64,000 nucleotides of DNA from an uncultured Chthonomonadaceae bacterium (GTDB lineage Bacteria; Armatimonadota; Chthonomonadetes; Chthonomonadales; CAJBBX01), in NCBI GenBank assembly GCA_964396385.1, contig CAYNFH010000003.1, positions 12,178 through 76,177 on the forward strand, read 5' to 3'. Under the pieces are notes generated by a model. The model saw nothing but the letters and a program-made list of their open reading frames with translations, made no database searches and was not told the DNA's origin. Made by a program: the position numbers and the translations under genes. This document shows, one piece after another, positions 18,024-25,527 of the stretch (positions within the stretch are counted from its first letter, which is position 1; every line of letters begins with the position of its first letter).

Positions 18024-18416
18024 ATGGACATTCGGCCCCTAAGGACAGAGGCAGACTACTCTGCGGCGCTGGAGGAGATCGGACGGTTGCTCAGACATGA
18101 ACCGCAGCCTGGAACGCCTGAAGACGACCGCCTGGAGGTTCTCTCCATTCTGGTGGAAGCCTATGAGAATCGAAGCTGCCCCATGCCTCTGCCCTCACCC
18201 ATCGGCGCTATCGCGTACTACATGGAGAGCCGCGGGCTCACGCGGAAGGACCTGGAGCAGTACATCGGCGGCCGAGGACGAGTAACCGAGGTCCTGAACC
18301 GGAAGCGGCCTCTCACCATGCAGATGGTACGCCGGCTGCACCAGGGACTCGGCATCCCCGCTGATGTTCTCATCCAGCCTTACCCGCTGGATACTGAGCC
18401 GGCAAAGGCCGCCTGA
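18024..18416 (+). CDS. higA: HigA-family HTH antitoxin
   Basis: IRPLRTEADYSAALEEI...PIGAIAYYMESRGLTRKDLEQYIGGRGRVTEVLNRKRPLTMQMVRRL. Confidence 0.85.
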   Translation: MDIRPLRTEADYSAALEEIGRLLRHEPQPGTPEDDRLEVLSILVEAYENRSCPMPLPSPIGAIAYYMESRGLTRKDLEQYIGGRGRVTEVLNRKRPLTMQMVRRLHQGLGIPADVLIQPYPLDTEPAKAA

Positions 18417-18727
18417 ACACTGCTCTCGCTGCCGTCAGAGAACCGGTCGGATGACTGAGCTCCGCCGGCAGGCCCCTATTCCCAGCTATGCCGCGCCGAA
18501 GCCGGCTCTAGCGCACTCATGGATCCAGCCGCCGGTCCGCCCTGGAGACCCTTCGGCGAAATCTGCACCCTTTTTGCGCTTATTGCGCTTTCTGCGCAAG
18601 ACCGGAGTCCTGCCCCTCTTGAGCTTGGGACGGGTGGTGCCCCCTTATAGCGCTTTCCGCGCTTTTCGCGCAATCTCCACCCATTACCCCGCAGACGCCT
18701 GCGCCGTGCTGTTGGAGAGGCAGATCC

Positions 18728-18753
18728 GAATTTGGCGCGGCCGCGCCAAATTC
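18728..18753. repeat. Perfect 26-nt palindrome GAATTTGGCGCGG|CCGCGCCAAATTC, followed by GAGACAaTGTCTC (18754-18766)
   Basis: Read directly from the sequence. Member of the AATTTG...CAAATT palindrome family. Confidence 0.85.
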
Positions 18754-18805
18754 GAGACAATGTCTCACTCTGACCGCCCGCCGCCTCCGCACTCGAACAC
18801 ATGCC

Positions 18806-18833
18806 GTCTGTGGTCTGTGGTCTATGGTCTGTA
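18806..18833. repeat. Tandem heptamer block, 4 x GTCTGTG
   Basis: gtctgtg gtctgtg gtctatg gtctgta. Confidence 0.8.
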
Positions 18834-18916
18834 CCGCCACAAGATCTCGTAGGAATCCCGCCTCGCTCGAACGCTCGCCCTCAAAGAGGCACGGGAGTGA
18901 CTCGGCGCGGACGCGG

Positions 18917-18943
18917 CAATTTGACACGCCGCGTGTCAAATTG
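18917..18943. repeat. 27-nt palindrome CAATTTGACACGC-c-GCGTGTCAAATTG
   Basis: Read directly from the sequence. Same terminal motif as the others, with a different covarying core. Confidence 0.85.
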
Positions 18944-18967
18944 GGGCAGAACCCTCCTCCATAGTCG

Positions 18968-19005
18968 CCACCGCCCCGACTCGGCGCGCCGAGTCGGGGC
19001 GGTGG
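18968..19005 (-). terminator. Perfect 38-nt palindrome just 3' of the 19026..20117 gene
   Basis: CCACCGCCCCGACTCGGCG|CGCCGAGTCGGGGCGGTGG, about 20 nt after the stop codon. Confidence 0.55.
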
Positions 19006-19025
19006 ACCGCGCAAGACCGGACGGC

Positions 19026-20117
19026 TTACTGGATCTCGACCCGCTTGGCCGTGAGGGTCATCGTCGAGAGGTCCAGCGTCCCGACCACCTCCACGGTCTC
19101 GCCGGTGGAGATGTCCGCGAAGCTGGCGCTATGATGATGGCCCCGATGGAACACCGTGTGCGCGTCCGTCACCACCGTAATCGTCCCGGAGTTCGGAGCG
19201 AAGTGGTCCGCATCCTGGAGCGTGAGCTGGAAGCTGGAGTGGGTGGTATCCACCGTTCCAACGGTACCTCTGGCGCCGACGAAGTGCATGCCGTTGTCCG
19301 AGTCGGAGTCGTTGTCCACGATGATCCGGTCGGCGGTTACCACGTGTGAAGTGGTATCCACCGTGCCGCGCACCTCCACCTGCTGGCCGTTAGCGAGGGT
19401 CATGGACTGACCGCCGTGCTCGCCGAAGACCACCGTATCCGGCGTGAGCGCTACGTGCACGATGTGGCCGTTGCGCAGCGTCAGGTCGAAGCCGGAGCTG
19501 GTGAGGTTCGTGACCGTGCCGTGGAGCTCGGCGAACTTCTGCTTGGGCCCGAAGTGCGAGTTATCACCCTGGTGGATGCTCGGCTGGAGCTTGCCGCCCA
19601 CGAGCTGGAACGCCGCCAGGTCGAAGTCCACCACCAGGTTGGAGAGCTGGCCGGACGCGACGGGAGTGGTGGCCACCAGCGTGATCTGCCGCTCGCCGTT
19701 GCCGATGTCCGTCCCGCCGGTTACCTGCACGGTTTGCGGGGGCCCGCCGTTGCTGGGCACCAGCGTCACGTCGTCGCCAAGCGTCACGCGGACCTGGGTG
19801 TAGTTGGCCGCCGGCACGGTGACGGTGGAGAGGAGCTGTGCCGCGCTGGACAGCGAGGCGATGTCGATCGGGGTGCCGTTCGGGTCGTCGGAGGCAAAGA
19901 GCGTTACCCAGTTCATTCCATCGGTGCTGGCCTCTATCTTGAAGAGGTCCACCCAGACCTGGCTGAACTGGTCGTTAAAGCTGTCGGTGACGAATACCCC
20001 CATCTCTCCCGATCCGCTTGTGGACCCGCCGCCTCCGCCTCCGCCGCAGCCGCTCAGCGCGAGAGCCATGGAGAGGACTGTCGTTGCTACCATCAACGGG
20101 CGCCACGTAGTTCGCAT
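19026..20117 (-). CDS. Lipoprotein with a DUF4382-like N-terminal domain and DUF5666-like repeats
   Basis: Lipobox LALSGC followed by a GGGGGGS linker. Also VFVTDSFNDQFSQVWVDLFKIE...NYTQVRVTLG, and repeated GTVTNLTSSGFDLTL / GTVGTVDTTHSSFQLTL segments. Confidence 0.75.
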   Translation of the reverse strand: MRTTWRPLMVATTVLSMALALSGCGGGGGGGSTSGSGEMGVFVTDSFNDQFSQVWVDLFKIEASTDGMNWVTLFASDDPNGTPIDIASLSSAAQLLSTVTVPAANYTQVRVTLGDDVTLVPSNGGPPQTVQVTGGTDIGNGERQITLVATTPVASGQLSNLVVDFDLAAFQLVGGKLQPSIHQGDNSHFGPKQKFAELHGTVTNLTSSGFDLTLRNGHIVHVALTPDTVVFGEHGGQSMTLANGQQVEVRGTVDTTSHVVTADRIIVDNDSDSDNGMHFVGARGTVGTVDTTHSSFQLTLQDADHFAPNSGTITVVTDAHTVFHRGHHHSASFADISTGETVEVVGTLDLSTMTLTAKRVEIQ

Positions 20118-20270
20118 AGAAGATCTGCTCCTTCCTTACAGTGGTACATGTGGCACACGAACGCGGACAGCAGGGGCGGAATCGCTGCCTCACCTGACTC
20201 TGACGGCTCGCCGCACATAGTGTTCCATGCCCAGCCTCTTCCGCAGCCCGAAGGGGTTCCCCTCCAATAG

Positions 20271-20290
20271 CACCGGGCTTCAGCCCGGTG
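20271..20290 (-). terminator. 8-bp stem with tetraloop hairpin 15 nt after the stop of 20305..22287
   Basis: CACCGGGC-ttca-GCCCGGTG. Confidence 0.4.
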
Positions 20291-20304
20291 AGGGCCACTG
20301 GCGG

Positions 20305-22287
20305 CTATCCAAACCAAACAGGATACGCCTGCGCCCCTTCCTGCCACCAGGCGCCGATAAGCCCCCACACGGCGCCGGCCACGAAGAAGTGGCCCAGCGC
20401 AAAGCCCAGAAAGGCGGGCACGGCACGGCGGTAGAGCGGCATACCGCCCCAACGGAGGATGGCGGTCTTGGCGATCCAGGTCAGGAAAAACGACCACCAC
20501 ACGGTCCCGCCAAAGGCCGTGGCCACCGCATAGCCGACCGGATGCAGCGGGAAGCTCACAAACGCGCTCCGGAGCAGGAGCAGCGCCGCGGCCAGGAGCG
20601 CTCCGAAGATGGAGGCGCCGGTACGGTATAGGTCCGGAAGCGCGGGGGCGGTCGGGGCATTGACCACGTCCGTGTACTCCGGAATGGAGAGCCACGTGCC
20701 CCAGATGCCGCCGCGCAGGTTCTGCGCCCCGTATCGATAGTATGGGTCCAGGTGGTAGTAGTAGGCGACCACCAGCCCCACCAGGCAGGCCAGCACCATG
20801 ACGGCGCATATCTGCCTCCGCCCGATGCGCGCCTCCTCCGCTATCTTGAGGCTCTCGATCTGGTAGCCGATGGCGCTGGGGAAGTATCCGCGCGCCAGCA
20901 CGGTGAGCATGGCGAAGATCACCAGAGTGGTGGGAATCTTCCCGCCTAGGAACGGCGCGACCCCCAGCGTGTAGAGCAGGATCTTCTTCTGCTGGTAGAA
21001 CGGGAACAGCCAGATAAGCGGTACGCCGGCCGCCGCCCGGATGCGCGCGACTACCAGCGCGGTGAGGAGCACGATCGCCAGGTAGGCTACCGGCACCCAG
21101 GGCTTCATGCCCGCCGCTATGCAGAACCAGCAGAGGAAGACGAAGCTGCCCACGAGCCCCGGCAGCGCCCAGCGTGGGATGCCCTCTACGCGCTCCGCCG
21201 GCCGCCAAAGTGAGCGGAGCGAACGCGCGATGTCGGCCCGCACCTGCCAGAGCGACCAGACGCCGAGCAGCAGGAACGCTCCAATGCTCTGCTGCTGCTC
21301 GAACGGCGCACCTGGAATGTCGAAGGCGTAGGCGGACGCCAGCAGAGCCTCCGCTTTCGAGACCACGAAGAAGAACCACATGGAGAACAGGATCTCGGAG
21401 GGCACCAGGAAGCCGAAGCCTATCAGCTCCGGCCGGTACCAGAGCTCCAGCGGCTGGAGCACCTTGAAGTTCGAGTTCTCCAGCATGGGGCTGAGGTCCA
21501 GCAGCTTCCCGGGCGCGGGCATACCGGGAAACATGCCCTGGAGCATGTTGATCACATTGTAGACCGCCGCCAGGGCGAAGCCGCCCCACATCCAGGGGTC
21601 CCGCAGAAAGGCCGGGGCGGACTGGCGGCCACTGGCGGCGGTGATCTCCAGCGGCAGCTCCACAATGGGGAAGGTAAGGCGCTCCTCGTGGATCCAGCGT
21701 CGACGCACCAGCAGCATCATGCAGAGCATGCAGACCCAGAGCGCCAGAAAGAAGGCGGTCCAGGCGGCCATCGGGACCAGCCAGAGGCGCCACGGCACCG
21801 CGCCGGTGGGGCTGCGCACGTACAGGTCGTGGATCGCCTTCGGATCCTTCACTACGAGCCAGTTGGGGAAGGCCGGCCAGAGGGACGCGAAGTCGTTGGA
21901 GGCGGTGGCAAAGTAGAACGGGGCGGTGATGAGCGAGAGCCAGAAGCGCGCCACCCCCACCCCCAGCATGGTAATGGCGATGGCGATGAAGCAGTAGATG
22001 GTGAGCATCTCCGCCCGCGTCAGCGCGAGTCGGGCGGCCGCGCGGCGAAGCAGCGGATTGAGCAGCACCAGCGCCATGAGCACGGCGATGGCCGGGATCG
22101 GCGGAACGCTCTCCGTGATCTGGGTGGAGAGCACCACGATCTCCGCCTGCCGCACCCAGACCCCGCAGGCGACGGTGAGGACGATGGCTATAAGAACGGA
22201 GCGCGCCGTGACGCGCCCCTCGCCGCGCTCCACCGGCTCGGGGACTGTGCTCTGCTCTTCGCCGGGTGACACGCGCGGCAGCGCCAT
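20305..22287 (-). CDS. Large polytopic membrane protein of unknown function (more than 12 predicted TM segments)
   Basis: 660 aa with long hydrophobic stretches throughout. The overlapping 566-aa ORF in another frame is Arg/Gly/Ala/Pro junk. Confidence 0.8.
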   Translation of the reverse strand: MALPRVSPGEEQSTVPEPVERGEGRVTARSVLIAIVLTVACGVWVRQAEIVVLSTQITESVPPIPAIAVLMALVLLNPLLRRAAARLALTRAEMLTIYCFIAIAITMLGVGVARFWLSLITAPFYFATASNDFASLWPAFPNWLVVKDPKAIHDLYVRSPTGAVPWRLWLVPMAAWTAFFLALWVCMLCMMLLVRRRWIHEERLTFPIVELPLEITAASGRQSAPAFLRDPWMWGGFALAAVYNVINMLQGMFPGMPAPGKLLDLSPMLENSNFKVLQPLELWYRPELIGFGFLVPSEILFSMWFFFVVSKAEALLASAYAFDIPGAPFEQQQSIGAFLLLGVWSLWQVRADIARSLRSLWRPAERVEGIPRWALPGLVGSFVFLCWFCIAAGMKPWVPVAYLAIVLLTALVVARIRAAAGVPLIWLFPFYQQKKILLYTLGVAPFLGGKIPTTLVIFAMLTVLARGYFPSAIGYQIESLKIAEEARIGRRQICAVMVLACLVGLVVAYYYHLDPYYRYGAQNLRGGIWGTWLSIPEYTDVVNAPTAPALPDLYRTGASIFGALLAAALLLLRSAFVSFPLHPVGYAVATAFGGTVWWSFFLTWIAKTAILRWGGMPLYRRAVPAFLGFALGHFFVAGAVWGLIGAWWQEGAQAYPVWFG

Positions 22288-22306
22288 CGGATTGCCTTCT
22301 CTCCGC

Positions 22307-23191
22307 CTACGGGTTCCTCAGCCCGTCCTCCCGGTACACGCCCGCGGCGGGCGGCGGCACCTGGGACAGGTCCAAAGCCGGCGTGAAGCTCTCCGCGAGC
22401 CGCACGTTTCGGTCCACCTCCTCCACGGTTCGCATGCCCACCAGGGCCACGTGCACGCGCGGGTCCGAGAGGACGAAGCGGAGGCAGACTTCGTTCGGGT
22501 CGCGCGCGGCGGGCCACTCCGGCGCCAGGTCTCGCAGGATGCGCTGAAGGATGCCGCTGGTGAGCGGCCGCATCACGGCGATGCCCATTCCAGCCTCGCT
22601 CGCCCTGGGCAGCGCGTGCTGAGACGCCTGGTGGTTGAGCAGGTTGTACCGTAACTGCACCACGTCGAAAGCGCCGGAGGTGATGAGCGGGAGCGCGGTG
22701 AAGGGCTCCTCGCAGGTGAAGCCTATGAACCGGACCTTGCCCTGCTTCTTCAGCCGGACCAGCCCCTCGAGCGGAGCGCCCTCCAGGATGTGGCGCACGT
22801 GCGTCTCTGTGAACATGCCGCCGTGGAGCTGCGCCACGTCCACCGTCTCGCGCCGCAGCCGCCGGAGCGACTGCTCCACGCTGGAGACCACCTGCTCGGC
22901 GCCACCGGACCAGCCGCACTTGGTGGCCAGGGTGTACGGCTCGGTCACACCCTGGAGCGCTTCCCCCAGGACTGCCTCCGAGTTGCCGTTGCCGTAACCA
23001 GCCGCCGTATCGAAGTAGGTGATGCCGGCTTCGAGCGCATGCCGGACGATCCGGACGGCGACCCGCCGCCCCTCCGCGCTGAACGGGTTCCATCCGGCGG
23101 CCTCATCCAGCGCGCCTAATGGGTACCCGCCGAAGCCCAGCCGCGTGACCGTCCGTCCCGTACGCCCGAAGGTAGTGAAGGGAAGAGACAT
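22307..23191 (-). CDS. Aldo/keto reductase
   Basis: Start MSLPFTTFGRTGRTVTRLGFGGYPLG at 23191. Also YFDTAAGYGNG and LATKCG. The 13-aa track extension comes from the hairpin element. Confidence 0.88.
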   Translation of the reverse strand: MSLPFTTFGRTGRTVTRLGFGGYPLGALDEAAGWNPFSAEGRRVAVRIVRHALEAGITYFDTAAGYGNGNSEAVLGEALQGVTEPYTLATKCGWSGGAEQVVSSVEQSLRRLRRETVDVAQLHGGMFTETHVRHILEGAPLEGLVRLKKQGKVRFIGFTCEEPFTALPLITSGAFDVVQLRYNLLNHQASQHALPRASEAGMGIAVMRPLTSGILQRILRDLAPEWPAARDPNEVCLRFVLSDPRVHVALVGMRTVEEVDRNVRLAESFTPALDLSQVPPPAAGVYREDGLRNP

Positions 23192-23192
23192 A

Positions 23193-23265
23193 GGGGTATG
23201 GGAGTATAGGAGTGTAGGAGTGTGGGGCAATCACTCCCATACCCCCACACTCCGACGCTCCCACA
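23193..23265. repeat. Intercistronic hairpin built of GGAGT(A/G)T(A/G)G units between the two AKR genes
   Basis: ggggtatgggagtataggagtgtaggagtgtgggg-caatca-ctcccatacccccacactccgacgctcccacac. Confidence 0.7.
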
Positions 23266-23271
23266 CCGTTC

Positions 23272-24282
23272 TTACCGGCGCGCCACCTGCTGGTCCCGCT
23301 CGCGGGGAAGCCGGTACCAGACGGCGTCGCAGGCTTCGCGCTCTTCATCGTCCAGGGTCATCTCCACGCCGTGGAGGCTGTCCTGGAGCTGCTCCGGCCG
23401 GCTCGCGCCGACGATGGCGCTGGTGATGCCGGGCTGGGCGAGTACCCACGCCACAGCGGCGTGGGTAAGGCTCTTGCCACGCTCCCGGAAGAACTGGCTC
23501 AGCCCCTCCGCTTCCTCCATCACGGCGTCCTTCCAGTAGCGGCGGCGGTAGAGGTCACCCGCATGCTGGAGGGAGAACCGGGTGCCCTGCTCCACCTGCT
23601 GGCCGGGCCGGTAGCGGCCGGTGAGCATGCCGCCCGCCAGCGGGTTGTAAACGATAACGCCCACTCCCTGGGCTCGGCACGCGGGCAGCAGCTCATCCTC
23701 TATCATGCGGAAGAGCAGGTTGTACCTCGGCTGCACGCAGTCGTACCGCGCGAGTCCATGCTTGTCGCTGGTCCAGAGAGCCTCCATGAGCTGCCAGGCG
23801 GGATAGTTGGAGCTGCCTATGTACCGGACCTTGCCTGAGTGGACCAGGTCGTCGAAGGCCCGAAGCGTCTCCTCGATCGGAGTAGTTAGGTCGGGCGAGT
23901 GGGACTGGTAGAGGTCAATGTAGTCCGTCTGGAGGCGGCGCAGGCTCTCCTCGCAGGCTCGCAAGATGTGCTTTCGGCTGAGCCCTTCGTCGTTCGGGCG
24001 AGGTCCCATGGCGCCGCGGCACTTGGTTGCGAGCACGATCCGCTCGCGCGCCCCCCGCTCCTTGAGCCAACGACCGACAATCTCCTCCGTTGCGCCGGCC
24101 CGCTCCTGTCCGCCGCCCAGCGGGTAAACGTCCGCGGTATCGAAGAAGTTGACCCCTGCCTGGTCCGCCACGTCCATGATGCCGAAGGCGGTGCGCTGGT
24201 CCGCCTGGTTGCCGAAGGTCATGGTGCCGAGGCACACCTCGCTCACCTTCAGCCCCGTCCGCCCCATCTGCCTGATCTGCAT
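23272..24282 (-). CDS. Aldo/keto reductase (Kv-beta/Tas-like)
   Basis: Start MQIRQMGRTGLKVSEVCLGTMTFG at 24282. Also FFDTADVYPLGG, VLATKC and YIGSSNYPAWQL. Confidence 0.9.
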   Translation of the reverse strand: MQIRQMGRTGLKVSEVCLGTMTFGNQADQRTAFGIMDVADQAGVNFFDTADVYPLGGGQERAGATEEIVGRWLKERGARERIVLATKCRGAMGPRPNDEGLSRKHILRACEESLRRLQTDYIDLYQSHSPDLTTPIEETLRAFDDLVHSGKVRYIGSSNYPAWQLMEALWTSDKHGLARYDCVQPRYNLLFRMIEDELLPACRAQGVGVIVYNPLAGGMLTGRYRPGQQVEQGTRFSLQHAGDLYRRRYWKDAVMEEAEGLSQFFRERGKSLTHAAVAWVLAQPGITSAIVGASRPEQLQDSLHGVEMTLDDEEREACDAVWYRLPRERDQQVARR

Positions 24283-24379
24283 CTGTCCCCTCCCACAGGT
24301 CGCTAAGCAGGGATTCGGGGCGCACCCCGCCCGCCCCTGCCGGAGTAGGCGTGGTGTTGACGGCATGTATGCCCGCTAG

Positions 24380-24385
24380 TATAAT
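24380..24385 (+). promoter_or_regulatory. TATAAT -10 box upstream of 24405..24680
   Basis: gctagTATAATcccgccGAGGAGagacacgATG. A leader with an SD follows the box. Confidence 0.4.
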
Positions 24386-24404
24386 CCCGCCGAGGAGAGA
24401 CACG

Positions 24405-24680
24405 ATGAGCCACACAATCACCCTGCAGATCCCGGATAGCGTCTATCGGCCGTTGGTGGAGAGAGCAGAGCGCGAGGGACGCACGCCGGAGGAGGTCGCC
24501 ACGGACTTGCTGGCGCTTGCTGCCTGTGAGGAGCAGGAGGATCCGCTTCTTCAGCTCGCCGGCGCGCTCGAAGCGGATGTCCCGGATTTGGGGACCAAGC
24601 ACGACCAGTACCTCCGCGAGGAAGCAGACGGCGGCTTAGGCTGCCAGGACAGACCGAATGCGTATGTGCTGACGAGCTGA
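24405..24680 (+). CDS. Small antitoxin-like protein (orphan; no toxin downstream)
   Basis: MSHTITLQIPDSVYRPLVERAEREGRTPEEVATDLL...DPLLQLAGALEADVPDLGTKHDQYL resembles RHH-type antitoxins with a DPLLxLAG tail. Confidence 0.55.
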   Translation: MSHTITLQIPDSVYRPLVERAEREGRTPEEVATDLLALAACEEQEDPLLQLAGALEADVPDLGTKHDQYLREEADGGLGCQDRPNAYVLTS

Positions 24681-24698
24681 TTCAGGGAGGTTATAGAT

Positions 24699-24905
24699 CT
24701 ACGATGGCTTCACTGCCGACTGCCTGCGGGTTTTGGGCCGGCTCGTCCGCACGTCGGTCGGAACCGAGCCATTATGAAGGCCGTCCCCCAGGTCGAGTTT
24801 TCCCTCGCTCTCGAGTCGAGCCAGCTCGTCCAAGTCCGAGTCGGTCTCTGGAATGAGAGTCACGATCTCCTGTCCGTCGATTGCTATTCGGGTCACTCGT
24901 TTCAT
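24699..24905 (-). CDS. Small acidic protein, possible antitoxin/immunity partner of the upstream gene (Phd/YefM-like strand motif)
   Basis: MKRVTRIAIDGQEIVTLIPETDSDLDELARLESEG. Its ATG overlaps the upstream stop by 4 nt. Confidence 0.45.
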   Translation of the reverse strand: MKRVTRIAIDGQEIVTLIPETDSDLDELARLESEGKLDLGDGLHNGSVPTDVRTSRPKTRRQSAVKPS

Positions 24906-25366
24906 CTGGGTTCCTCGCTGAGGACGACATATTCAAACTGTTGGCCGAACCGGCCGTTCCTCCAGCCCGGTCCCTCGTACCATGCGAAGATGCGTACGGC
25001 TGGCACGTTCTCCTCAATGACTCCGTATGGCCCAAACTTCATGGCCATGTCGAGACTGGCCGTGAAGCTCGACAGGATCGAAGGCGTTTCATAGGGAGCA
25101 GCCAGTCCTCTGTACAACCGCACTTGTAGTATACTGCGACGTCGGAGCGCCTCCTGCGTATCCTCGTAGATGCGGCGCACGGTCGCCCTCCAGGGCTTTA
25201 CGTCTCCCGCTTCGATCTGGTACCGGTTACGGGAATAAGCGATTCCGCCGACCCGAAACTCCGCTTGAGCTGCCAACTTGAGGATTACGGAGAGGCGGCT
25301 ACGGCTGTCGTCCGTCCATGCGCCGATCAACTGGCGCCTTCTGGCCTGGAACTCCCGTTGATCCAC
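24902..25366 (-). CDS. Hypothetical 154-aa protein with an R-S-E ADP-ribosyltransferase-like motif pattern (tentative)
   Basis: VRLYRGL ... LSSFTASLD ... GQQFEYVVL resembles the ART signature Arg / S-T-S / Q-x-E followed by hydrophobics. GTG start without a clear SD. Confidence 0.4.
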   Translation of the reverse strand: MDQREFQARRRQLIGAWTDDSRSRLSVILKLAAQAEFRVGGIAYSRNRYQIEAGDVKPWRATVRRIYEDTQEALRRRSILQVRLYRGLAAPYETPSILSSFTASLDMAMKFGPYGVIEENVPAVRIFAWYEGPGWRNGRFGQQFEYVVLSEEPR

Positions 25367-25527
25367 GCAGCCGAATTGGTCTTAGAGCCGCCAGATTCCT
25401 TCCGGCTTGGACAAGCTAAGGAGGACGGCGGCGAAAGCTCCGCCAGAATTGCGGAGGAGGACGCTAGCATGGTAGGAGCCTCTACGCCGCCAAGCGAACG
25501 CTGAATTGAACACTGAGAGGGCATTAA

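Noticed and set aside
20093-21793. 566-aa minus-strand ORF overlapping the membrane-protein gene in another frame
   Set aside because: The sequence is Arg/Gly/Pro/Ala-rich junk. The 20305..22287 frame gives a coherent polytopic membrane protein.
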